DNA from: a bacterium
Lineage (GTDB): Bacteria; UBA8248
Assembly: GCA_965199855.1 (NCBI GenBank)
Contig: OZ241326.1
Location: 64,001 to 128,000 of the forward strand
DNA length: 64,000 nt
Direction of reading: 5' to 3'
Under the pieces are notes generated by a model. The model worked only from the letters and a program-made list of their open reading frames with translations, did not search any database and was not told the DNA's origin. The position numbers and the translations under genes are program-made. Positions 1 through 8,723 of the stretch are shown piece by piece (positions within the stretch are counted from its first letter, which is position 1; every line of letters begins with the position of its first letter).

Positions 1-3
1 GCC

Positions 4-1020
4 GTGATAGGCGACGACGTATTCGTGTTCGACAACGTGGTGCACATGTATGACTACTCGGACGAGAACCTCCTCTCGCCCGAAAGCGAATACGACCGCC
101 ACTACCACGTGAGCAAGGTGGTGGGCAGAAGGCGCGCCGCCCCCACGGACCTCTACGCGGGCTGGGACCCGATAGAGGGCTTCAAGCGCCGCTGGAGCGT
201 GGAGGAGATGGGCCGCCTCGTCTTCGAGGATTCGGGAACCGACATGGCGATGGCGCAGGCGGTGCCCCTGTTCGACCTCTACAGGGACGGCTTCGCCCCG
301 GTGAAGGCGCAATACGACTTCGCGCGGGCGCATCCGGATCGCTGCCTGTTCTGCGGGGCGGTGGACCCGATGTATCCGAGCGTGGCCGCCGCCTGCGAGG
401 AGATGGAGCGCCAGGTGAAGGAGTGGGGCGCGCGCTCCATGAAAATCTACAACGCCCACGTGGACGGGAAGTCCTGGGCGTGCGACGACCCCGAAATCGC
501 CTACCCCCTCTACGAGAAGGGGCGCGAGCTCGGCGTCCGGGTCTTTCAGTTCCACAAGGGAAATCCCATCACCCGGGCGAAGCTGCGCGACCTCTCGCCC
601 CTGGACATCGAGGGGGCGGCGATGGACTTCCCCGATCTGCTCTTCGGCGTCCACCACCTGGCGGTGCCCTACTTCGAGGAGGCCGTCTGGATGGCGAGCC
701 GCTACGAGAACGTCTTCCTCGTGCTCTCGGGCGTGGGCCACACCCCGATGATCGCGCCGCGAACCTTCACCGAGTGGATGGGCAGGCTCCTGCGCGACGT
801 GGGCGCGGAGCGCGTCCTCTGGGGCTCCGAGATGGCGCTTCTGGGAAACGCGCGCCCGGTTCTCGAATGGATATGGGAGATGGAAATCCCCGAATCCATG
901 CAGGAGGACTACGGCTACCCGCAAATCACCGAGGAGGACAAGCGGAAGATTCTGGGCCTCAACCAGGCGCGCCTCTTCGGCGTGGACGCGGAGGCCAAGA
1001 AGCGCGAGCTCTGGGGCTAG
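4..1020 (+). CDS. Amidohydrolase family protein (Amidohydro_2, TIM-barrel metallohydrolase)
   Basis: FDNVVH, FQFHKG, VHHL and LWGSE metal-ligand-type motifs; C-terminal KRKILGLNQARLFG typical of the family. The start is at the window edge. Confidence 0.85.
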   Translation: MIGDDVFVFDNVVHMYDYSDENLLSPESEYDRHYHVSKVVGRRRAAPTDLYAGWDPIEGFKRRWSVEEMGRLVFEDSGTDMAMAQAVPLFDLYRDGFAPVKAQYDFARAHPDRCLFCGAVDPMYPSVAAACEEMERQVKEWGARSMKIYNAHVDGKSWACDDPEIAYPLYEKGRELGVRVFQFHKGNPITRAKLRDLSPLDIEGAAMDFPDLLFGVHHLAVPYFEEAVWMASRYENVFLVLSGVGHTPMIAPRTFTEWMGRLLRDVGAERVLWGSEMALLGNARPVLEWIWEMEIPESMQEDYGYPQITEEDKRKILGLNQARLFGVDAEAKKRELWG

Positions 1021-1089
1021 AAGATAAGGAAATTGCATAGCATCTTAGCGTAGGAAAACGGCTAAATATCCTGTGGAGATGACTGGTAT

Positions 1090-2331
1090 ATGAGTAATTG
1101 GCAAAGCAAAACCATATTTACGGGCGATAATCTTCACGTCATGCGGGGTATGAACTCCGATTCGGTTGATTTGATTTATCTGGATCCGCCCTTCAATTCC
1201 AACAGAACATACGCGGCTCCTATTGGCAGCGAGGCGGCCGGGGCCGCTTTCAAGGATACCTGGACGCTTTCAGACGTTGACTTGATCGAACACAACAAAC
1301 TGAAAACGGACAGCAAGGGAATTTTTGCCATTATAGAGACGGCGAGGCATACCCACTCGAAGGGGATGTTTTCCTATTTGGTGATGATGGCGACCCGCTT
1401 GGTGGAGATGAAGCGAATCCTCAAGCCTACTGGATCCATCTATCTCCATTGCGATCCCACGGCCGGGCATTATCTGAAAATACTGATGGACGCGATTTTC
1501 GGGACGGGAAATTTCAGAAACGAGATCGTGTGGTGCTATCGAGGAGGAGGCGTTCCAAAACGGGATTTCGCCAGAAAACACGACACGATATTTCGGTATG
1601 CCCTAAGCGATGAAATCACTTTTAATGTTGACCGCGTGAGGATTCCATATTCCACAGACAGCATGGAGCGATTGGAGTATGAAGCGCGGGCGTTTCGAGG
1701 CGATAAAGTGTATGAGGGATACAGGCCGAACGAAAAAGGGAAACACCCGGAAGATTGGTGGAACATACAGCCTATCATGCCGTCATCAAAGGAGCGGCTG
1801 GGCTACCCCACCCAAAAACCGCTCGCGCTTCTCGAACGCATCATCGAGGCATCATCCAACGAAGGGGATATTATATTCGACCCGTTTTGTGGTTGCGCCA
1901 CGACTCTTGTGGCTTCGGATCAACTAAAGCGGGGGTGGGTTGGCATTGATATATCTCCCAAGGCCGTCGAGCTGGTGGTCGAACGCATCAAGAAGTCGAA
2001 AGGTCTGTTTTGGGAGATTATACCCAGAGCCGATATCCCCATGCGAACGGACGTCGGCCCCGAGCTAACGGCCCTGGAAAAGAAGGCGCATAAGGGAGCG
2101 TTGTTTGCGCTCCAGGATCAAAAATGCAACGGATGCAAAACATGGTTTGGGCGACTGGAAGATTTCGAGATGGACCACATAACTCCGAAATCGCTGGGCG
2201 GAACCGACCATAAAGAGAACTTTCAGCTGTTGTGCGGAAACTGCAATCGGAAAAAAGGAAAGAAGAGGCAGGAGACATTCATGGCTGAAATGGCGGCCAG
2301 CAAAGCGGATGTTTCATGGCTGGGAAACTGA
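1090..2331 (+). CDS. N6/N4 DNA methyltransferase fused to a C-terminal HNH endonuclease
   Basis: IYLDPPFN (motif IV), YPTQKP and DPFCGCATT (motif I); C-terminal CxxC...DHITPKSLGG...NFQLLCGNCNRKKG HNH domain; lower GC than the flanks. Confidence 0.9.
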   Translation: MSNWQSKTIFTGDNLHVMRGMNSDSVDLIYLDPPFNSNRTYAAPIGSEAAGAAFKDTWTLSDVDLIEHNKLKTDSKGIFAIIETARHTHSKGMFSYLVMMATRLVEMKRILKPTGSIYLHCDPTAGHYLKILMDAIFGTGNFRNEIVWCYRGGGVPKRDFARKHDTIFRYALSDEITFNVDRVRIPYSTDSMERLEYEARAFRGDKVYEGYRPNEKGKHPEDWWNIQPIMPSSKERLGYPTQKPLALLERIIEASSNEGDIIFDPFCGCATTLVASDQLKRGWVGIDISPKAVELVVERIKKSKGLFWEIIPRADIPMRTDVGPELTALEKKAHKGALFALQDQKCNGCKTWFGRLEDFEMDHITPKSLGGTDHKENFQLLCGNCNRKKGKKRQETFMAEMAASKADVSWLGN

Positions 2332-2460
2332 CTTTCATTTTATCAGGCGGCAAGCGTAAAAATCCTTTTTGTTTCTACAAGATTGCATGAGTAAGATAGC
2401 ATGTAATTCTCAAAAATAGTTTCAATAATACGAGCGGTTAATTCCTGTTCTATTTCCCGC

Positions 2461-3504
2461 ATGGAATGGATAGCAAATATGGCCTCTCCTCAATCAATTC
2501 AAAGCCTCAAAGAGATAATACAAGACCTTAACTCCGTAGACAAAGGCCATTTTTACAGGGCCTCCTTGGGAACTGCTTCCCTTGAGCCAGAATTGAAGCC
2601 AAAAATAGAAGACGCGATTAAGAAAGCGGAATTAGCAATCGAGAATAGCGAACTAGTTGCTGAGCAGGTCATTCAACAGGTTGGGAATATTTTTTCTACT
2701 GTCAGAGAACACATCAAGACAGTATCAAGCCTAGACGATCCAACTTATGTTGGCCAAAGGAAAGATTACATCAACAATATAAATGACCAGTTAGAAGAGT
2801 TCAAACTGTATTGGCCGCATTTCATCACCGCGGCTGTTGAACAAAATGGACTCCTCGACGATGAGGGAATAAAAAACCAGTATCAGCGCGCGCTTGAGGA
2901 GCTTCGCCAGGAATCTGAAAAAAACCTGGAAAACCTCAAAGAAGAATCGGAAAAAGTTCTCGAACGGGCCGCCAAGACCGCTCAAGAAATAAGAGAAAAA
3001 GCGCGCCTTACGGCCGCCGGAATTTCCGTAGAAGCCGCCCAAAAACAATTCAACGAAGCGCAAGAGGAATTCCAGGGTCGAACCATTCTATGGGGCGTCT
3101 TCAGCGTAATTTCAATCGCTACTTTCATTTGGGTTGCGTTTCACTTCGCAAATAATTCACGGCCGGATGAAAAGATGGGAGCCGGAATCATATATTTCAC
3201 GGCTCTCAGAATCACCATCCTCGCCGCCATCGGGGGCGTCGCCGCGTTTTGTCTGAAAATCCTCCGCGCCAACATGCACATGAGGGCGCACAACCTGCAT
3301 CGGCAAAGACTGGCGAACAGCATGGCCGCTTTCGTGGAGTCCGCCTCGACGAATGAGCAAAGGGACCTGATTTTGGCGCACCTCGTCGACGCAATCGCTT
3401 CTTTCGGCTCATCCGGCCTGCTCGCAAAGCCGGATGATTCCGTGAGTCCATCCAAAATGACCATAGATACGATCAACCGGACATTCTCGGGGACATCCCG
3501 ATAA
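2461..3504 (+). CDS. Hypothetical coiled-coil protein with two C-terminal transmembrane helices
   Basis: 347-aa low-GC ORF with a long E/K/Q/A-rich helical stretch followed by two hydrophobic segments. Confidence 0.75.
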   Translation: MEWIANMASPQSIQSLKEIIQDLNSVDKGHFYRASLGTASLEPELKPKIEDAIKKAELAIENSELVAEQVIQQVGNIFSTVREHIKTVSSLDDPTYVGQRKDYINNINDQLEEFKLYWPHFITAAVEQNGLLDDEGIKNQYQRALEELRQESEKNLENLKEESEKVLERAAKTAQEIREKARLTAAGISVEAAQKQFNEAQEEFQGRTILWGVFSVISIATFIWVAFHFANNSRPDEKMGAGIIYFTALRITILAAIGGVAAFCLKILRANMHMRAHNLHRQRLANSMAAFVESASTNEQRDLILAHLVDAIASFGSSGLLAKPDDSVSPSKMTIDTINRTFSGTSR

Positions 3505-3508
3505 AATC

Positions 3509-3856
3509 ATGGAAAATTCATCAAGCCATGACGCTCTCGTCCGCGGCGTGGAGGACATCATCGAGACGCAGATTCGCCCGCTTCTCAAGATTCACGGCGG
3601 CGGCATAGCCCTCGAGGGCGTGAGCGTGAGCGGGGAGGTGTCGCTGCGCTTCGAGGGCGCCTGCCGGGGCTGCGCGCTCAAGAGCGTCACCTACGCCCTG
3701 GGGGTGCGGCAGAAGCTCATGCAGCACCCCGGCGTCTCGGAGGTGCGGGTCGAGGGCGTGCGGCTCTCCCGGCACGCCATCGAGCGCGTGGAGAAATTCT
3801 ACGCCGGCTATTCGTTCTGGGTAGGGCGTCCCCTCGAAGATCATCCATCGTCTTGA
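3509..3856 (+). CDS. NifU-like C-terminal domain (Nfu) Fe-S carrier protein
   Basis: IRPLLKIHGGGIAL...LRFEGACRGC NifU CxxC signature. Confidence 0.85.
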   Translation: MENSSSHDALVRGVEDIIETQIRPLLKIHGGGIALEGVSVSGEVSLRFEGACRGCALKSVTYALGVRQKLMQHPGVSEVRVEGVRLSRHAIERVEKFYAGYSFWVGRPLEDHPSS

Positions 3857-3937
3857 TCGCCGCGGCGCTTCGCGGGGCCACCCGGGGGAGAGGCGCGCGG
3901 CGCCCGGCGCGGGCTTTCTCCCCGCGGACGCCGGCGG

Positions 3938-5224
3938 ATGAGCGCGGCTGACGCGCGGGCGCCCGCGCGGAAGGAGGCGCGCTTCTGGTACGGCTGGGCG
4001 GTGCTGGCCGTGGTCTATCTCGCCATGATCGCGCTCATCGCCTTTCGCGCCACCATCGGCCCCTTCTTCAAGGAAATCTCGGGCGAGCTGGGCTGGAGCC
4101 GGGGGGCGACGGCGGCGGCCTTCTCCATCGGGATGCTGGCGCAGGCCGTCGTCTCGCCGCTGGCGGGGGTTCTCTGCGACCGCTGGAGCATCCGCGCCTC
4201 GATGTCGGCGGGCGTCGCGGTGTTCGGCCTCTCCCTGCTCATCGGAAGCCGCATCGAGGCACTCTGGCAGTTCTATCTGATGTACGTCGGCCTGTGCGCG
4301 GGCTTCGCCGCCGGCACCTGGGTCGCCCAGGTGCCCACGCTCTCCAACTGGTTCGTGAAGAAGCGGGGGCTCGCGCTCGGAATCGTCAACACCGCCCAGG
4401 GCGGCGCCTTCGTCCTGAACATCGCGACCCCCTGGCTCCTCTCGGCGCTCGGCTGGCGGATGAGCTATCTCGCGCTGGCGTGCGCGATCCTCCTGTTCGT
4501 TCTCCCGATCTGCGTCCTCTTCCACAGGGACCGCCCCGAGGAGAAGAGCACCATCGCCGACGCTCCCTTCGTCCGGGCGCCTTCGGACGACCGGGAGGCG
4601 AAGCCGGCGCCCCCGCCGTCCGGCGCGGCGCGCGCCTCCCTGCGCGGCCTGCCGTTTTTCCTCTTCCTGGGCGCGTTCCTGCCCATGGCCTACGCCTTCG
4701 CGGGAATGCTCGTCCATCTGGTGCCCCACGCCACGGACCAGGGCTTCTCGCTCGAGGCCGCGAGCGTCCTCTTCGCCGTCTGGGGGCTCTGCCAGGTGGG
4801 AGCGAACCTCATCAGTCCCGTCTCCGACAGGCTCGGGCGGACGCCGACGTTTCTCATCGGCGCGGCGCTCGGCGTTCTCTCCGCCCTCCTTCTGGCGGCC
4901 TACGAGCGGGGCGACCCCGAAATCCGCTTCTATCTGGGAACGATCGCCAACGGCGCGGCGCTGGGCCTCATGCGGCCCACCGGCTCGGCCATCCTGGCGG
5001 ATCGCTTCGAGGGGCCCGGCTTCGGGCGCGTGAACGGGGTGGCGATGATGGGCTTCGCCCTCTGGGGCTCGGCGGGCCCGTGGGCCACGGGCGCGCTGTT
5101 CGACTGGCGAGGCTCCTACCTGCCGGGCCTCGCGCTCTTCGCGCTCATGTTTTTCCTGTGCGGCCTCTTCGCGCTGTTGCTCGCCCGGACGAAAAAAGAT
5201 AACAAGGAGGCGTCCGCCGCCTGA
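3938..5224 (+). CDS. MFS transporter (OFA/MCT-like)
   Basis: About 12 hydrophobic segments; FWYGWAV, GVLCDRWS and WFVKKRGLALG motifs. Confidence 0.9.
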   Translation: MSAADARAPARKEARFWYGWAVLAVVYLAMIALIAFRATIGPFFKEISGELGWSRGATAAAFSIGMLAQAVVSPLAGVLCDRWSIRASMSAGVAVFGLSLLIGSRIEALWQFYLMYVGLCAGFAAGTWVAQVPTLSNWFVKKRGLALGIVNTAQGGAFVLNIATPWLLSALGWRMSYLALACAILLFVLPICVLFHRDRPEEKSTIADAPFVRAPSDDREAKPAPPPSGAARASLRGLPFFLFLGAFLPMAYAFAGMLVHLVPHATDQGFSLEAASVLFAVWGLCQVGANLISPVSDRLGRTPTFLIGAALGVLSALLLAAYERGDPEIRFYLGTIANGAALGLMRPTGSAILADRFEGPGFGRVNGVAMMGFALWGSAGPWATGALFDWRGSYLPGLALFALMFFLCGLFALLLARTKKDNKEASAA

Positions 5225-5255
5225 GCGGCGAAGCCCCGGACGCCGAGGACGCCCC

Positions 5256-6164
5256 ATGCCGATCCGGAAAGTCGACGGCTTCCACTTTCACCCCGACTCG
5301 CGCGAGCGCGTCCTCGCCCAGCGCCCCGCGGATCCCGCCAAAACCCCCTGGGCGCCGATGCGCCGGCCGCTGGCGGACTGCAGGGTCACCCTCGTCTCGA
5401 CGGCCGGCGTCTTCCTGAAGGGCGACCGCTCCTTCGACTACGAAAGGGAGCGGCGCGAGGGAACCTGGGGGGACCCGACCCACCGGGAGATTCCCAGAAC
5501 GGCGGGCCAGGATGACGTTTTCTACTCCCACCTGCACGTGGACACCTCCTTCATGGCCGAGGACAGGAACGTGGCCTGGCCGGTGGACGTCTTCCTGGGC
5601 TTCGAGCGGGAGGGAAGAATCGGCGCCCTCGCCGACACGCTCTACTCCATCATGGGCTACATCCCGAACTTCAACCCCCTCGTGAAGCGGACGGCGCCCC
5701 TGATGATCGAGAAGATGAAGGCCGAAGGGGTGGAGGCGGCCTTTCTCTATCCCGTCTGACCCCTGTGCAACCGGTCCGGCGGACTGCTCCAGCGCGAAAT
5801 CGAAAAGGCGGGAGTCTCCACCGTCATCATCTCCAACGTGCCGGAGACCACCGAGCGCGTCTGCGTTCCCCGCGCCGCGTTCGTCCAATATCCCTTCGGG
5901 CGGCAGCTGGGCATGGTGGGCGACTACGCCGGCCAGCGCAGGATTTGCGAGGACATGGCCGCGCTACTGGAGGAGGCGCGGGCGCCCAACGCCTACCGGC
6001 ACCTGCCCTACGAGTGGCCCGAGGCGCCGGAGGCGACCAAGTGGCGGCCGGACGAGCCCCCGCCCATTCTGGCGATGCGCCTCGCCAAGGAAGGCGGCCA
6101 GAACCTGCTGGACTCCTACCGGGACGAGGAGCGCGCCGCGTATTCGGACGGGCGCGCGCGCTAG
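5256..6164 (+). CDS. Selenoprotein of the glycine/sarcosine/betaine/proline reductase selenoprotein B family (PrdB/GrdB-like), Sec encoded by TGA at 5757-5759
   Basis: ORFs 5256-5759 and 5838-6164 share a frame, with no other stop between them. Read-through gives FLYPV-U-PLCNRSGGLLQREIEKAGVSTV...VPRAAFVQYPFG (UxxC). The N-terminal VTLVSTAGV...DRNVAWPVD matches the family. Confidence 0.88.
5760..5792 (+). promoter_or_regulatory. Putative bacterial SECIS hairpin
   Basis: CGGTCC-GGC-GGACTG stem-loop with a G-starting loop 18 nt after the UGA, plus a CTG/CAG lower stem. Confidence 0.6.
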
Positions 6165-6457
6165 CGGAAAGCGTCCGCGCATCATCTCCCAAGCCTACGC
6201 CCTCTCCAGTTTGACGAAATTCAGGTAAAACCGCCCGTCCGCCTCCGCGCGCGAGAGCGTTTGCAGAGAATCCTTCGACTCCACCCGGTGGATTCGCGTT
6301 TCGCCGCGCGCTTCGGAAGGCTTCGCCGCTATCCGTCCGGAAAGAAAAAGCGGGACTATTGACCTTTCGCGTCACGAAAGGCGCGTCTGAGGCAAGCCGG
6401 GGGGGCCGTGCTTCTGCGCCCCTCCGCCGCGGGGGTGCGTGAGGCCGAAGCTCCCGA

Positions 6458-7222
6458 TCAGGCGCTCTGCTCCGCCGCCCGCGCGGCTTCTTCGAGCTCC
6501 TCCGGCGTCAGGGGATCGCCCACGCCGATCATCGAGTCGCGCGTGACGAGCTGGAAGAGCTGCGCCTCGCTCCACCCCTCGGTTCCCTTCGGACGCCGGG
6601 GGACGATGAGGTAGCGGCAGTCCGCGTTGGAGTCGATGACGACGAGCTCCACGTCATCGGGCGGCTCGAGGCCCAGGTCCTTGAGGGTGCCCCTTGGGTC
6701 GGTCACGGCCTTCGAGCGATAGGGGAAGCTCTTGTACCAGGTGGGGGGCTGCCCCAGCAGCTGCCTCGGATAGCACGAGCACAGCGTGCACACCACCATG
6801 TAGCGGAGCGAGTCGGTATTTTCCAGCGCCACCACGCGGTTGATGCCCGAGGTGTCGATGCCCATCTCGGCGCAGGCGGCGTCCGCGTCCGCCAGGAGCC
6901 TCTCCTTGAAGCCCTCGTCCGCCCAGGCGCGCGCGACGACGCGCGAGCCGATGGCCGGGCTCTGGCCGTAGATTTCCTCGACGGCGCGCCGCATCTCGTC
7001 GGTTGTGAGGATGCCCTTCTCCCGCAGGAGGTTCAGCAGGGCGGTCACGCGCACCTGATAGTAGTCCAGGTCGTGCTCCACCTGGGCCACGGCCCCCTCC
7101 CGGTAGGCGTCGTCCGACTGCATTCGCGCGTTGTGCGCCGCCGGGTCCCGGCTGTAGGTGCGCTCGTGCTCGCCGTGGTGGTGATGTCGATGCCCGTTGC
7201 CGTGATCGTGAGAGTGCGCCAT
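6458..7222 (-). CDS. nthA: Co-type nitrile hydratase alpha / thiocyanate hydrolase gamma-like subunit with a His-rich N-terminus
   Basis: VVCTLCSCYP metal-binding motif (Thr/Tyr, cobalt type), VVARAW and PPTWYKSFPYRS; ATG at 7222 with a GAGGAG RBS. Confidence 0.9.
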   Translation of the reverse strand: MAHSHDHGNGHRHHHHGEHERTYSRDPAAHNARMQSDDAYREGAVAQVEHDLDYYQVRVTALLNLLREKGILTTDEMRRAVEEIYGQSPAIGSRVVARAWADEGFKERLLADADAACAEMGIDTSGINRVVALENTDSLRYMVVCTLCSCYPRQLLGQPPTWYKSFPYRSKAVTDPRGTLKDLGLEPPDDVELVVIDSNADCRYLIVPRRPKGTEGWSEAQLFQLVTRDSMIGVGDPLTPEELEEAARAAEQSA

Positions 7223-7263
7223 GGCCTGCTCCTCGTTCGGGGGCGTCGCCGGGGGCGTTCGGC

Positions 7264-7551
7264 CTAGGCCGGCTCCAGCCAATGCTCGTAAATCTCGATG
7301 CAGAGTTTGTCCTGCTTTCGTCCCGCCTCGTGATCCCAAAGGTCGTTGATGTCGAACTCCACCCAGTACAGCTCCCGGAGCGGCAGCCCGTCGCCGCCGT
7401 ACGCCAGGTTCTCGGGGTTCGCGTATCTGCCGAAGTAGCGGTTGACGACGCCCGTCTTGCCCTTCACGTAGTAGGTCGTGCGGTGATGGCCGTCCGGATA
7501 GATTTCCTTGACGCGCACCCTGTCGCCCGCGCGAAACCGGGTTTCCTCCAT
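7264..7551 (-). CDS. Nitrile hydratase beta C-terminal SH3-like domain as a stand-alone subunit (ScnA-like)
   Basis: RFRAGDRVRV...GHHRTTYYVKGKTG...LYWVEF...LW...EIYEHWLEPA. Confidence 0.88.
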   Translation of the reverse strand: MEETRFRAGDRVRVKEIYPDGHHRTTYYVKGKTGVVNRYFGRYANPENLAYGGDGLPLRELYWVEFDINDLWDHEAGRKQDKLCIEIYEHWLEPA

Positions 7552-7633
7552 CAGAGCGTCCCCTTCTCGGTTGAGCCGATTCAGCCGAAGAAAGCCCCTT
7601 GATTCTACACCGCGCGCGCCGCTTGTCCAGCCC

Positions 7634-8659
7634 CTACGCCGCCAGCCGATAGACGCGCCTGGCGTTGCCCGAGAGAATCATCTCCCGCTCCGCCTCGGGC
7701 AGCCGGCTCAGGCCCGGAATCTCCCGCGCGGGCCGATGACAGCCCATGTCCGCCGGATAGTCCGTGCCGTAGAGAATCCGCTCCGCCCCCAGCGCGTTCA
7801 CGGCGAAGGCGAAGGCGTCCGCGTCGTGAATGACGGCGTCGTAGCAGAAGCGGCCAAGATACGCCTCGGGATTCCCGGCGCCGCGCGCCTTCGGCTCCCC
7901 GCGCTCGGCGTAGCCGTGTCGCCAGCGGCCCCGAATCCAGGGCGTGAAGCCGCCCAGGTGGGCGAGCCAGAACCGCAGCTTCGGGAACCTGTCCAGGACG
8001 CCGCCGAAGATCAGGCACGCCGCCGCGATGGTGGTGTCGAGCGGGTTGCCGATGAAGTTTCTCAGATAATAGTCCTTCAGACGATCGTCCGCGCCCAGAA
8101 CGTTCGTGGGATGCACGAACACGGGCAGATCGAGCGCCTCCGCCCGCGCCCAGAAGACGTCGAGCGCCGGATCGTCCAGGTTCCTCCCCGCCACGTTCGA
8201 GGCGATCATCACGCCCAGGTGACCGTTCGCCCTCGCGCGGGCGAGCTCCTCCGCCGCGGCCTCCGGCGCCTGAAGGGGAACCGTGGCCATGCAGGAGAGC
8301 CTGTCGGGATGCGCGCGCGCCAGCGCCGAGAGGCCGTCGTTGAGCGAGGCGGCCAGCTCCCGGTTCGCCTCCGCCTCCAGCGCGTAGAGCGTCATGGCGG
8401 GGCCCACCGAGAGCACCTGACGCGAGACGCCCATGCGCTCCATGTCGGCGAAGCGCGGCTCCAGTTCATAGTAAAGGGGCGTGAGCCTGTTCCTGAGCTC
8501 CGTCTCGCGTCCCAGAACCCTTCCCCGGGTGATGATCCACTCGCCCTCGGCGTCGGTCTCTATCGCCGCCGTCCGGCCGAAGCGGCCCGCGCGAAGGTCG
8601 CGGATGAACCCCTCGGGATAGATGTGGGTATGGGGGTCGATGGCCGCCACGTTTCTCAT
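7634..8659 (-). CDS. ACMSD-like amidohydrolase / metal-dependent decarboxylase (paralog 1)
   Basis: IDPHTH, FVHP, AHLGG and LYGTDYP motifs. Confidence 0.9.
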   Translation of the reverse strand: MRNVAAIDPHTHIYPEGFIRDLRAGRFGRTAAIETDAEGEWIITRGRVLGRETELRNRLTPLYYELEPRFADMERMGVSRQVLSVGPAMTLYALEAEANRELAASLNDGLSALARAHPDRLSCMATVPLQAPEAAAEELARARANGHLGVMIASNVAGRNLDDPALDVFWARAEALDLPVFVHPTNVLGADDRLKDYYLRNFIGNPLDTTIAAACLIFGGVLDRFPKLRFWLAHLGGFTPWIRGRWRHGYAERGEPKARGAGNPEAYLGRFCYDAVIHDADAFAFAVNALGAERILYGTDYPADMGCHRPAREIPGLSRLPEAEREMILSGNARRVYRLAA

Positions 8660-8723
8660 CCCCGACGTTCGGAGAGGCGCCCGCGCGCAACGGCTCTCCC
8701 GCGCCGCCTCGGCGGCCGCTCGC

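Noticed and set aside
1021-2460. Integron cassettes (attC sites) around the low-GC genes
   Set aside because: No RYYYAAC...GTTRRRY-bounded hairpins and no integrase were recognised.
6165-6457. Gene or ncRNA between the selenoprotein and the NHase alpha gene
   Set aside because: Minus-strand frames give protein-like fragments (GRFYLNFVKLERA-stop; AVLPEFRQTG), but there is no clear start or recognisable family. It is possibly a remnant and cannot be supported.
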